Source of the DNA: Octopus vulgaris
Taxonomy: Eukaryota
DNA: 64,000 nt
Reading direction: 5' to 3'
Assembly (NCBI GenBank): GCA_951406725.2
Contig: OX597822.1
Coordinates: 31,496,001 to 31,560,000 of the forward strand
Shown: one piece after another, positions 27,582-40,548 of the stretch
Position numbering within the stretch: position 1 is the first letter of the stretch
Layout of the letters: the number at the start of each line of letters is the position of its first letter
Made by a program: the position numbers and the translations under genes
Notes under the pieces: generated by a model
Seen by the model: only the letters and a program-made list of their open reading frames with translations
Databases searched by the model: none
Told to the model about the DNA's origin: nothing

Positions 27582-27944
27582 TACTTAAGTATGTATGAGC
27601 AGATTTGTATGCTTTATGTATGCATACTCATGCATAAACTTGCATGTCTAGACATGCTCATATGTATTTAGATGATAAACCTCTGGTAAGTTTTATAGAT
27701 TTTTCAGTTCCAATGATGGATCTGTTGTTTTCGAATTAGCTTTCTCCTTTCTGGTTTTGAGAAGCCTAATTTCTCAAGATTGGTATGTAGGTAGTGTGTT
27801 ACATGTTCCAAGGCCCCAATATTTAGAGGTATAAACTTGAACTTTTAAACCGGATTGATATCTATGTATGTATATATGTGTGTGCATATGTGCGCGCGTC
27901 TCTGTTTTGTGTGTGTACATATATATATATTCACTTTCATATTT

Positions 27945-27984
<40 letters not shown>

Positions 27985-28062
27985 GAGAGGGAATCCACTA
28001 AAAGTGAACTCCCTTACGCTAGCCACTAAATTAATATACAATTTTTCACCCTCATTTTAATT

Positions 28063-28140
<78 letters not shown>

Positions 28141-28893
28141 GTGTGTGTGTGTATATATACAGGAGAGTCTAACATACACATAAGGGCTAAACTCAAAATT
28201 AGATTGCTTTAAAGCGAGCTTTCTAACCTGGCAGCCATTCCTACACCAGTTGTGCATACATATATAAATGTATATATACATATGTCTACATATAAGCTAA
28301 AAGAAATTATAAGTGCGTAGAACCAATAGATGTTATATGGAAAAAAAGAAAGCCATACTTTTAGTATGTAATTTTCTAGTGTATAAATTTATATTTCAAG
28401 TTGAATTAATTTCATTGTTACTTTCACCCATAATATTCTTAATATAAGCATTAAAAATATATAACGTACGAATCATTTCATTTCTTTAGAAACTGTGTAA
28501 TTTTAATAAATCAATATTGACTTCTCTACGAAGACACATATATGCAGTGTACTAGAAATAGTATCAATTTTATAAACCCGACTAAATTACAGGTACTTGA
28601 ATTATCTACCCAGACTAAGGAGCATGCGTGGTTGTGTAATAAGAAATTCACGTTGCAGTTACATTGACCTGGGATCAGTCAGACTGAGTATGAACTTGGG
28701 CAAGTATCTTGAAATATAGCCTCAGGTCGCCCAAATCCGTGTGAGTGAGTGCATTACGTAGACAGAAACACGAAGAAACTCGTCGTATACTTACATTCCT
28801 ACATATATACATACATACATACACACACGCACACATGTAAACATATACATACAGACACGCGCGCACACACACACCTATATATGCATATACAGG

Positions 28894-28949
<56 letters not shown>

Positions 28950-29016
28950 GACGCGTTAGGTTTATCTCTATAGGCACACATATATGTATGTATGTATCTG
29001 TCTATCTATCTATCAA

Positions 29017-29067
<51 letters not shown>

Positions 29068-29381
29068 TTAAATACCGTGTAATTATTAAACTAATAATTT
29101 ATAACGGTAGTTAGCAATGATGCAATAAGTAAGCATGTGTTTGTTTCGTGGATTGGGTTGTGACTGCCCTATCTAGCATGTAAGGATTCCACATGGGGGT
29201 CTTCTCTCTGTGTATGAATTATGGATATACTACACATACTACCCAACGTTGCCCTGTAATGTATTCCCAGGATTGTTTGGCACTTTGCAGAATGGGAATT
29301 CATGGTAGTTATGAAGGTATATATGTCTAACCTAAAGCCTCGAGTTATTTAATTGGAACTATCCAAGCAATAGTAATTAAT

Positions 29382-29411
29382 TTGGTAGACGGAAACTGAA
29401 AGAAGCCTGTC

Positions 29412-29449
<38 letters not shown>

Positions 29450-29640
29450 GTGTGTTTGTGTGTCTGTGTTTGTCCCCCTAGCACTCTTTGACAACCGATG
29501 CTGGTGTGTTTACGTCCCCGTCACTTAGTGATAGAATAATTACTGGGCTTATAAAAGAATAAGTCCCAGGGTCGATTTGCTCGACTAAAGGCGGTGCTCC
29601 AGCATGGCCGCAGTCAAATGACTGAAACAAGTAAAAGAGA
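29382..29640 (+). mobile_element. SINE family B, 5' truncated
   Basis: tttggtagacggaaactgaaagaagc...ggcggtgctccagcatggccgcagtcaaatgactgaaacaagtaaaaga. Confidence 0.9.
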
Positions 29641-30312
29641 GTGTATATGATGAAATGGACGTGTGTGTGTGAAAGAGAGAGAGAAAGGTTAGAAGAGAGA
29701 AAGAGTGCCACTTACTCATATATGAGAACACCCACGTTCACTCACTCACTCTCACTCTCTCTCTCACACACGCACAAGTAGATACTAAAAATGTATGAAT
29801 ATGTATTGATGTATGTACGTATACATAACAGCACACTCCTTCACTCACTCTCTCTCCCTCTTTTTCTCTCTCTCATTCTCTCTCTCTCTATTCCTCTCTC
29901 TTTCACGCACACACGTCCACTTCATTATACGCTTACATACATCTTTCATTTTCTCCTCTCTTTCACTTTAAAACAAAAGTAAATAAATAAATATCTTTTT
30001 ACGGAACTTAAACAACTCCGGATGATGAAATCACATTCAGTTAAAAATATGTCTAAATGAATAAAATATTGTGTACGTCATAATGTCAACGTTTTTTTCC
30101 TTAGAGAGTGCGGAGACTTCAAGGTTTTTTTCCTTAGAGAGCGCGGAGACTATGTGCGTGTATCTGTCACAAATAACGAACGTGTGCTTGTGTTGACTGA
30201 CACGCCATGACATTCATTATATGTGTGTATTATGTATGTGTGTTGCCGTCACGGAAGACATGTCTGTTTATCATCAAGAAATAACAAACAAAAATTGTGT
30301 TTAACCGTTTAC

Positions 30313-30433
30313 ATAGAGGTCCAAATGTCACAAATATTTGTAATGCACTGCCGAAGGTATGAAAATAAATATGTAAAAACAATTCAGATAAATTATACTA
30401 TTTCTGAGATATTTCAGTTAACCACAAACATCT
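30313..30433 (-). pseudogene. CFAP57: CFAP57-like exon remnant
   Basis: AG..GT bounded; LTEISQK*...FHTFGSALQIFVTFGPL vs LTEISKG...LHSAPITGLATCIRKPL (same H-to-PL spacing). Confidence 0.6.
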
Positions 30434-30530
30434 CTACAATTTTAGTATTATGCATGTATGTATGTATATATGTATGTATGTATGTGTGTGTATGTGCGTG
30501 TGTATGTATGTGTCTCCGTCTGCGTTTATC

Positions 30531-30563
<33 letters not shown>

Positions 30564-30589
30564 GTGCGCGCGTGTGTACGAAGGCTACA

Positions 30590-30827
30590 TTCCAACTTGC
30601 AGTTTTAATCAGTTTCTGCTGGTAGGTTATATTTACAGCAGTAATTTGCATGCACAAAATTGCGGGTACTGAACTTGGAGGCGAAATCGAAATGCTGCGA
30701 ACTGAATCGTTAAAACATTTCATGGACAGTCTCCTATTTATATCAACAGGAAACAAAAGTTGTTTACTATATACGATAGTAGTAACAACAACAACAAAAG
30801 CAATAACAATAACATTACTTAAACAAC

Positions 30828-30895
<68 letters not shown>

Positions 30896-30990
30896 TTATA
30901 AGACGAAGTTGGTAGATTTATTTCACCTGTAACTATGATTTCACGGTTCAAGTAAACAACTTACTAATATTTCTGCCTGAGTAACTCTAT
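30590..30990 (-). pseudogene. CFAP57: CFAP57-like exon remnant interrupted by an (AAT)n expansion
   Basis: ORF 30526-30951 contains SKQLLFPVD-INRRLSMKCFNDSV-RSISISP, matching [30 protein letters not shown] with identical spacing. Confidence 0.7.
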
Positions 30991-31014
30991 ACTGGCTTGA
31001 AACAATTTCCAAAA

Positions 31015-31073
<59 letters not shown>

Positions 31074-31490
31074 CATTATTATTATTATTATTACTATGGT
31101 AATCATCATCATTATCACTATCATCATTATGATGCGAGTCTATTTTGCTTCCTTCTTTTGTTTCAGTATTTCTCATATTTTTAGAGTAGAGTCTGGTGTA
31201 TCCATGTAACTGGAGTCGTTCCATATAACTTTCCAATTAAATTTCTCTTTTATCTAATCTGGTTGCATCACCGTGTTAAATTTATAACTAATTAAACAGA
31301 AATGTATGAAATCGGAGCTGAAAGTTTATTTTATTTTTAATAGTATTTGTTATCAATTGGTTTCAACACTCTAAAATTCTATTTCTAAATTTATGTTAAT
31401 ATTTGTATGAAAAATACGTACGTTTACGAACGAATATATACACACATAGGTACATACCTCATGTATATGTGTCTATTTATATATGTATGT

Positions 31491-31691
31491 ATTCTTTTAT
31501 TCTTTTACTAGTTTCAGTCACTTGACTGCAGCCATGCTGGATCACCACCATTAGTCGAACAAATCTACCCCAAGACTTCTTCTTTGTAAGACTAGTACTT
31601 GTTCCGAACCGCTAAGTTACGGGGACGTAAACACAGCAACATTGGTTCTCAAGCGATAGTGAGGGGACAAACACAGACACACATACACACA

Positions 31692-31725
<34 letters not shown>

Positions 31726-31765
31726 CGTTGGTCTTCTTTGTGTTTCCTTCTACCAAATCCACTTG
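31491..31765 (-). mobile_element. SINE family B fragment
   Basis: Reverse complement of the family-B body and tail. Confidence 0.85.
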
Positions 31766-32279
31766 ATTTCTTTTATTTCTAGTTCACTCAACTTGCAAAG
31801 GTGAGAAATGATTCTAAGGAGAGAGTCCCGTCTTGAGACGAGCATATATACTGGAAATCTGCCTTAAAGAATTGTCTCTGGAAGGACATTTGGTCATCAT
31901 ATGTGTGTGTATTTGTGTAGATGTGTGTGTGTGTGTGCTTATGTGTGTGTATGTTTGTATGCATTTGTATGTGTGTGAACATATATGCACAGATGGTATT
32001 ATTGTGTACGTACGAATTTACTTGTCCGTTCATATTTTGATAACAACACTTTATTTTGTCCAGTGTTATATGCGTATTTTCTTCATATTTCCATAGGTTA
32101 ATATTACAAGTTTCTTCGAAGATCTCTATATCTCTGTATCAACACTATTAAATATGTTTTATTTCTTAGACTACATCGGTTTCTGCTTTTTTTTCTAATA
32201 TGTTATACTAGTATTCAACAGCGAAAACAACTTGATTTATTTTTCTGAGTGCAAAACAGAATTTTATTTAGAGAGGAAG

Positions 32280-32504
32280 AAATCTAGTCAAATTACAATG
32301 ATACAACTCATATTGTTCCAAACTTTCACTCTAAACTCAGCATGTGATAATTTTGAAGTATGCATTCATTAAGTAGTCGATTGAGATTTCTATTTTTATT
32401 TTTAACTGTTAAGGCAGCTGAAATTCTACCGACTCTCATTTATATGCTAGCATCTTAGTTCTGTACTTATGTATACACAGACGCACTGAGTTCAACATGA
32501 AAGA
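32280..32504 (-). pseudogene. CFAP57: CFAP57-like exon remnant (WD40)
   Basis: Acceptor aaatttatag; SFMLNSVRLCIHKYRTKMLAY vs [23 protein letters not shown], continuing in frame to IDYLMNAYFKII vs QNYLAHTWV..KIV. Confidence 0.6.
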
Positions 32505-32689
32505 CTATAAATTTAGTATATATAAACACTTGATTATGAATTCATTTGCATCTTAAAATTTGTTGTCGATAATTATAAAAACATGAACTACAGATAATTC
32601 GAAATGTCAGACTTTGTCAAAGCATGTAAAACGGTAAATAGAATTAAACGACAGCATTGCAAGATGGTTTTTGACGCATCAATTTATTC

Positions 32690-33510
32690 TATCGATAATA
32701 GTCGTTAGCATACCGTGCGGACTGCAAAGCGGCATTTCGCCCATTGTTATATTCGGAGTTTAAACTCAGGCGAGGTCAACTTTACCTTTTATCCATTCCG
32801 TGTAAATGAAAATAGCACCAGTGGAATACTGGGCATGATCTAATCGACTTGCGCTCTTCCCCGAAATTGCTAGCTTTGTGTGACAGTTTGAAATCAATAC
32901 TCTATCGTTAATAATGCTGCGGGCTGTCAGAATTATTACCACGCCGGACAAAATGTATAGCGGCATTTTCCTCGACAGTATACTCTGATTCCAAATTCCA
33001 CCAGAGTCAGTTTTACCTTTCCTCTCATCGTGGTTGATAAAATAAGTACGGATTGAGTGCCCCATTCGATGTGATGGACTTATAGTCTTCCCCATAATTG
33101 CTGGATTTGTGCCAAAATTTGAAGCCAATATTATATAGCCAATAACATGCGTTATTTTTTTCTCTTCGTAGCTGTTTGTGTAGGCGCGATGGTGTGGTAA
33201 GATAGTGGCTTTTTTTTTCTGAAAGCGTGGCTCCGGGTTTAGTTTCAATTCCGTGGTACCCAGCGGGAATATATCTGCGGCTACAGTGCCGGACCGACCA
33301 ACGCCTTAGTGGATTTGGTTGACGGAAGTTGAATTATTGGTTTTATATATGTATTTAACAGGACATTATACATTAAACTCATGTGTGTAGATGTGTGTAT
33401 TTGTGTCTTTGCTTGCCCCACACTCACCACTTCCTAACCGGTGTTTGTGTGTTTTACTTCGTGTGGACTAGAGGACTGGCAAATGACCAATACTTACTGC
33501 GCTTCAGAAG
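32690..33510 (+). mobile_element. Cluster of degenerate SINEs (two A-like, one B-like)
   Basis: Diverged family cores in tandem. Confidence 0.6.
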
Positions 33511-33599
33511 ATATAGGTACGCGCGCGTATGTGTGTTTGCATGCAAGTATATATGTATATAATGTATTTATATAACAATTTTTTGCGTAATGAGTTAAA

Positions 33600-33730
33600 A
33601 AACTATGGTTCTGCAGATATTAGAACATTTATAGATAGAAAGTCTTCCAGCTGTTTCCAGAATATTTATTAATTATATCCCTTCATCGGAGACGGTGTGA
33701 GAGGATGATGCAGTAATAGTTAATTTAGAT
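33600..33730 (-). pseudogene. CFAP57: CFAP57-like exon remnant (WD40)
   Basis: TVSDEGI*LINILETAGRLSIYKC vs [25 protein letters not shown]. Confidence 0.45.
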
Positions 33731-33849
33731 AGGGTACAAAACAGAGAGTGAGGTGGAGGACAGAAAATAGATATGAGATATGTAGGGATGTATATGTATG
33801 TATGTATGTATACATTCGTGCATGTATGTATATGAGAAAGAAAGTGGTC

Positions 33850-33999
33850 TATATAATTTATTGCTGCTGAATCTTTCACATCAAAGATGGTCAACACGTC
33901 CTGGAATTTACATTGTGCGGTGTAGACATCGTCAGTATTTGACTGTTAGATGTTTGGGGGAAGACCTCGACGCTATTAGTTTCCACAGACAATATTTTG
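33850..33999 (-). pseudogene. CFAP57: CFAP57-like exon remnant (WD40)
   Basis: Acceptor ttatcgcctgcag; VFPQTSNSQILTMS...(frameshift)VLTIFDV vs ALSISPNRRYLAIS...AITIYEL. Confidence 0.6.
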
Positions 34000-34381
34000 C
34001 TGCAGGCGATAACAAATATTGTTCATGTACATCTTCGTTGGGTTACAACGCCTGCGCACTTATTCAAAAAGATGTCTATAAAGATTAAAGTGTCTCTCTG
34101 CGCAATTATCTTGTGTCTCTGTAGTATGGTTAATTTTTTTTGTTTTTACGCCTATCATCTTATATATGTTTCTTTCGGTATAAGTAGTCAGTAAAATTAG
34201 TATAGAATTCGAAAATACAATTTCTGCACACCGAGAGTGCGTGATAGAGTGAGAGAGAGAGAGAGAGAGATAAAGAGAGAGAGAGTGGGAGAGTGGGGGA
34301 GAGAGAGAAAGAGAGAAAGAAAGAAGGACAGAAAGAAAGACAGCACGAGAAAGAGCGGAGATAATGGTTTTATATACATAT

Positions 34382-34767
34382 ATTCTTTTATTCTTTTACT
34401 TGTTTCAGTCATTTGACAACGGCCATGCTGGAGCACCGCCTCTCATCGAGCAAATCCACCCCAGGACTTATTCTTTGTAAGCTTAGTACTTATTCTATCG
34501 GTATCTTTTGCTGAACTGCTATGTTACGGGGACGTAAGCACACTAGCATCGGTTGTCAAGCGATGTTGGGGGAACAAACAGAGACACACAAACATATGCA
34601 CACATATATATTTATACACATATACGACGGGATTCTTTCAGTTTCCGTCTACGAAATCCACTCGCAAGGCCCGAGGCTATAGTAGAAGACACTTGCCGAA
34701 GGTGCCAGGAAGTGGGACTGAACCCGGAACCATGTGGTTGCTAACCAAGCTACTTACCACATAGTCA
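34382..34767 (-). mobile_element. SINE family B, near full length
   Basis: tRNA-like head (gtggtaagtagcttg..ggttccgggttcagtccc) through the tail. Confidence 0.9.
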
Positions 34768-34789
34768 TATTCAGCGTGTAGCTGTAGTT

Positions 34790-34946
34790 AACTTTGGAAT
34801 TGACTAGGTGCCTGTAGATATTTCAAGACAATCTACAGCCACAGAATATACATACTACGCACTACGAGATTTTCTATGTATGCTTTCTGAACATTTGGGC
34901 ATTTAACATAGTAAATCTGATCAATAAGTATTCGGACTGTTGCCAT
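34790..34946 (-). pseudogene. CFAP57: CFAP57-like exon 1 remnant (MATVRILIDQIYYVKCPNVQKAYI...)
   Basis: ATG at 34946-34944. The hydrophobic pattern resembles the CFAP57 N-terminus ([24 protein letters not shown]). Position is consistent with the downstream exon order. Confidence 0.5.
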
Positions 34947-35048
34947 AGTAACGACGGTAAAACATGAGAGTAAAGCCGCTTGGTACAGATTAACCATAAA
35001 CTCTGCTGGGCATGCGCAATACCTTTTTACGTTCTAGCTCACTTCCGC
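34939..35048. promoter_or_regulatory. Promoter motif cluster: RFX X-box (34939-34952), NRF1-like (35007-35018), ETS/GABP-like (35040-35048)
   Basis: GTTGCCATAGTAAC, TGGGCATGCGCA and CACTTCCGC within 110 bp at the start of a cilia-gene homologue; RFX X-boxes are the canonical ciliary-gene element. Confidence 0.7.
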
Positions 35049-35371
35049 TGTTTAGTACAGTGCTTGAAAAGGTGTGTAGCGTTTGATCGTCGCAATGACT
35101 ATCAAATTTCGCCAAAAGCTTGGGGATACCTGCCTGCTCAATGATAATGGACTGAAGTGAACCGTATATAATCCTTGATTATAAACAGTGTATAGAAATA
35201 TGAATCTTTGTAGAATCACTGGGGATAGGTTGTGTTCGAATGATACGTATAGGTGTTTAATAATTATGTACTTTGATTTATGTCATTCTAATTATGGTAA
35301 AGGTAATTACATCACTGACTAGAAATCAATTGATCAATGGCTAAACCACAAAAGGCTGGCACCTCAAAATA

Positions 35372-35652
<281 letters not shown>

Positions 35653-35686
35653 TACAGTGTACTTTTAAACACATGAGATGGCCATA

Positions 35687-35965
35687 ATAGGGCATATAAC
35701 ACACTAGAAGGAGTAGTTAAAATCCAAACCACTATTAGAGGTCATTTCGAAAGAGAACGAAAAGTAAAATCATTTACCCTCTATTTCCTGGACCATGGTT
35801 TCAAGCTATCTTCAGCAAATAAAATAAAATTATTTTATTTGCAGAAGATAGCTTGAAATCATGGCCCAGGAAATAGAGGTTAAATGATTTTCTTTTTCTT
35901 TTTCTTTCGAAATTGCCTCTAATAATGGTTTGGATTTTAACTACTCCTTGTAGCGGGTTAGATGT

Positions 35966-35970
<5 letters not shown>
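35687..35970. repeat. Imperfect ~140-bp-arm inverted repeat between (TA)n tracts, with a minimal hammerhead core in the left arm
   Basis: Centre 35828-35829; minus strand 35815-35791 reads CTGAAGA-TAGCTT-GAAACCATGGTC. Confidence 0.8.
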
Positions 35971-36005
<35 letters not shown>

Positions 36006-36602
36006 GTCTATTACCATCTAGAGTGGAATAGTGGTTTAATCGTCCGTTTTTGAATCTAAAGAAAAACATGCCCTTCTGAAATTTTCTAAATTTGAAAGCT
36101 TTTTACTGAGATATACATGGGTTATATTTTCATAACGAGAATGGATATATATTACTGAAACAAACTGTACATGATTTTAGTGTGTAAATGTACACAACGT
36201 GTGTAGACACACACGCACAAAAACATTTCTTCGTATGAATGCGTATATAGGCGAGCAATCTACTGTTTCTTCGTGTGTTTTTGTAAATGTGAGTGTTTGT
36301 GCCAAACAGCAACTAGGATTAAGAATAAGCTGAACTACGGCTTCGTTAAATCCGATTTTTAGTTCCTGTATGCATCAGCGAATCTGAAAGAAATGATTTG
36401 TTCTCAATCCTCTATTGCCTACAATCAGCCAAAAATGCTGACTGAACGAAACTGTAGTTTGGATAATATGTAATCCTGATTAACATATATCAGACAACAA
36501 ACCCTACTGACATAATGTGAATTGAGCATTCCTTATATCCTTGTATCTCAGATTAGACACTGTATCTCTCTGTCTATCTGTTTGTCTTTCTCGCGCTATT
36601 TC

Positions 36603-36688
<86 letters not shown>

Positions 36689-36772
36689 AAATTACTTGTC
36701 CGTAAATTTATCTGCCCGTCTGTCCATCTGTCTGTGTTTGTCAATCTATCTATCGATGCAAATCTAAACATA

Positions 36773-37075
36773 TAAGTTAAGTTAGTTATGTTAAGTTAAC
36801 TTTTTGGCTCAAAAAGCAAAACCAAGGCCATGTAGGGGGACATGGGGTTATGTACAAGGAGGGTGTTCATGCAAAGTGTTCAGGCCATTTCTGGTCAAGA
36901 GTGTCTTTGAACCGAGCGGTCGTCGGCATCTTCACTATCTCGTCCGGCAGCTTATTCCACGGATCCGCAACCCGGACGGAGAAAGCCCCTCTCCTTCGAT
37001 TGAGGTGAAATCGTCGCAGTTAGAGCTTTTCGGAGTGATCCCGCAGCCGACGCTCTGGAGTAGGAGTGAAGAACA
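36773..37075 (-). mobile_element. CR1 LINE 3' end
   Basis: RLRDHSEKL*LRRFHLNRRRGAFSVRVADPWNKLPDEIV..FKDTLD; (TTAAC)n-like tail. Confidence 0.85.
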
Positions 37076-37162
37076 TATATACTGTATGTATATACACATA
37101 GACATGCACACACAGACATGAATACACAAACATACACACACATGCACAAGCACACAAACACA

Positions 37163-37680
37163 CTAGTTGAATATCCCGTCGTTGCCGGGCAAATGTCACT
37201 ATAGAATACTTTGGTCGACTTTCGGTATAGCACACTCACATAAGATGAGTTTTCTCCGTTTAGCGAGAATTTTTCAAATTTCGTTTTTAACCGCACTCTT
37301 GCAAATGATGGTGGAAACTTTTAATGTCCCCTTCCCAACTTTTGGGCCGTCCCTTGTTCATCTTATTACTTGCATTACGCTCTTAAAACCAATGTTTCTG
37401 AAGCAATTTCTTTTTTTATTATTGTAAATTTTATTTTCAAACCCCCTCTCCACTCAATTGCGATTTTGACCATTTTTGTTCAACAAAGCACTGAAAAAAG
37501 ATTGGAGAATCTTTTTCAGTTAAAAGTTTCAAAATTTGATTTTGGTGCGCGCAGAATAGATGATCTCCATAACAATTCTCACCTTCTTTATCTTCAAATA
37601 GAAGATCAAGCGAAATTTCAGAATAATGAATTCCATTTTTTCTTTTCTTTTTTTTTTATTCGTTAACCCAAACGCCCAAT
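37163..37680 (-). mobile_element. Helitron-like element (3' end)
   Basis: Minus strand ends gcccggcaacgacgggatattcaaCTAGt (hairpin + CTAG); 5' limit uncertain. Confidence 0.6.
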
Positions 37681-37710
37681 AAATCCTCAACCACTACGCC
37701 ATATCTCCAC

Positions 37711-37835
37711 GGGCATATAGCGTCGTGGTTAAGAGCGCGGGCTACTAACACCAATATTCCGAGTTCGATTCCAGGCAGTGGCCTGAATAATAATAGCAAT
37801 AATAATGATAATAATAATAATAATAATAATAATAT
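37711..37835 (+). mobile_element. Short tRNA-derived SINE / tRNA pseudogene with (AAT)n tail
   Basis: A box tagcgtcgtggtta, B box gagttcgattcc; acceptor stem not well formed. Confidence 0.65.
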
Positions 37836-37974
37836 CGAAAAATGACTTTTGTGTAATGGTAATAGTAGCGCCTCATGTATATACTTCCTTCCACCCTGCG
37901 TCGTTATATTATATATCCAATACAAGAATATAAAAGATAGCTAGCTAGCTAGATAGATAGATAGACAGATAGGT

Positions 37975-38020
<46 letters not shown>

Positions 38021-38229
38021 GTAGATGGAAAAATATTACACATTAAGATTTTACTATTGATAGTCTTTCAAATTAGAACACTAATTAACATTTACATTAA
38101 GCAATACGATATTAGTGTGGGCAATAGTATTGTATTGCTGTGCAATATAAGTACGTAAGTAAATAGGATACATATATATCTGGAAAAGAATCGGAAAGAT
38201 TGCAATGGTTTTAGTGTTGCTAACGTTGC

Positions 38230-38670
38230 TGCTATGGTGAGGATGATAACGAAATTGATAATGACGAGGAGGAGGATAAGGAAGAGCATGATGGAGTCAA
38301 TGAAGATGAAGACGACGAAGGCGCCGACGACGACGACTATGACAATGATGTTACCGGTATGGTGGCTATAGAAATGATGCAGGTTATTGTAGTGATGTAA
38401 GGATATTGCCATGATGAAGACGACGACGATAATGATAATGGTGATGATGATGTTCACGATGATGAAGATAATGATGGTGACGTTACTGGTGCTTGTGGTT
38501 TTGATGATGATGACCAGATAGATGATGATGACGACGACGACGATGATGGTGGTGGTGAGGAGAAGAAGGAGGAGGAGACTGCTGACGATCATGATCAGGA
38601 TGATGACGATGGCTATTGTTGTCATTATGACTATGATTATCCTCATTATTAGTATTATTATTATTGTTGT
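38230..38670. repeat. Degenerate (GAT/GAC/GAG)n triplet region
   Basis: Low-complexity trinucleotide runs. Confidence 0.85.
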
Positions 38671-38921
38671 TGATGGCAACGTGCTGGCAGAACATTTAGC
38701 ACGCCGATAAAATTGTTTAGCATTATCTCGCTGGTGTGTACGTTCTGAATTCATATTCCACTGAGGTCCACTTCATTTTTTATTCTTCGAGGTCGATAAA
38801 GTATGTGTCTGTTAAAGACAAGGGTCGATGTAATCAAGCTATCACCTCGCACAAAAACATGCTGCTCTTCAGGCTAAATTTGTAACTATTATTATCATTA
38901 CTATTATTATTATTATTATTA

Positions 38922-38961
<40 letters not shown>

Positions 38962-39004
38962 TATTATTATTATTATTATTATTATTATCATCATTATTAT
39001 TATT

Positions 39005-39551
39005 GAGTGAGAGAGCAGTGCATGCCATCAAAGTGACACTGGGGTAAAATAAACGAAGCCCAGTATACCCATCATGACTACCCATCTGATAAGGGTACAC
39101 CAGGCACATGCATCACAACCATATGTGCTCGACATGGTGATCGCATATCAAGATAAACAGCACATGACCTTGCAGGTGGGGCCCAGTTAGAATTTTCTTC
39201 TGGTCGAGTACCCCATCCCGCTCGAATAAGGATTGTTTAAAGATGTTGAACGAAACACCGATGTTTTCAAAGGTGAATTAACCAAACCCCCAAGAATTTC
39301 TTTCAACACATGGCTATGATGCTCCCCCACTACTTCTGCTCGTGGTCAGAGATGCACCTATCGACAGCCACTAAGGGACACGGTTCACTGTTTATGGTCA
39401 AACATCTGACAAGCAAATCTGTGGTATTGAGCAGAATATTTGCTGTAGCCTGTCTTTTATACCCAGACAAAACAATGTACATGATAACACTTCCAATCAG
39501 TTAAGATCAGAAGCCATGAGAGCCACTGACTGGTACTGCATCAGGGCATTT
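39005..39551. mobile_element. ~550-bp non-coding interspersed element inserted in an (ATT)n tract
   Basis: GC-richer block with (att)n on both sides; no ORF of recognisable family. Confidence 0.55.
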
Positions 39552-39608
39552 ATTATTATTGTTGATGTTGTTGTTGTTGGTGGTGGTGGTGGTGTGTGTG
39601 TGGTGGTG

Positions 39609-39640
<32 letters not shown>

Positions 39641-40379
39641 GCGCTATGAAAGAGGAAGTACTGAGGGGGAGATTGAGAAACTGTTGCTTGAAATATAATC
39701 CAGATCGTGTGCTTGTGTAAGTACGTTTGGGCGTATATACATGTATGTGTGTGTGCGAGTGTGTGCATATGTGTTAGAGTGAGTGAGAGAGAGACAGAGA
39801 GAGAGAGAGAGAAAGAAAGAGAAAGAGAGATAGAATATGTGAGTATTCACTTGGCAGAAGTCTACGCTGACACGTTGTTCCATAGTTCTGAATAAAGAGC
39901 TGGGAAGCAAGAGAAAGGTTATTATTTGTCAATTCACAGTGATCTTGCTTGGCAAGAAACTACCTGTAGTCGATAATGGCAGTGTATTTCTTACTCTTCT
40001 TTTAGAGCAAGGAAAAGCTCTCTGAAACACAGACGGACACATCGTGCACTGACATATACACACACGCTCACAGACACGCTTGAAAATAAACGCACGCACT
40101 GATGAAAAAAGAGAAGAGAAATACAAAAAAACAAAAATAAATATTGAAGAAAATATAATAAAAAAAAAAGCAAAATCCATTACTGTTTACTATTACATCA
40201 GCTGCCAACTATATTGGCATCGGTACATACACATAGGTACGCACAAACATACAAGCTCACAAACACACACATACACATATGCAGGTAGAAGAATGCACAC
40301 TAACACACATATACGCACATTTATACACACACGTAGTCTTATGCACATGCAATGAACACATCCATGTACGAAGAAAATC

Positions 40380-40457
<78 letters not shown>

Positions 40458-40492
40458 GTTAGATATAGATAAAGATACATACACATACATAC

Positions 40493-40548
<56 letters not shown>

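Noticed and set aside
30090-30151. Short tandem duplication (~33 bp x2); a similar small duplication at 17411/17553
   Set aside because: Ordinary local slippage with no sign of function.
34850-34946. Resemblance of IYYVKCPNV to the SPATA6 N-terminus
   Set aside because: No further SPATA6-like exons were found, and the downstream exons follow CFAP57.
37711-37785. Functional tRNA gene
   Set aside because: Poor acceptor-stem pairing and an (AAT)n tail indicate a SINE or pseudo-tRNA.
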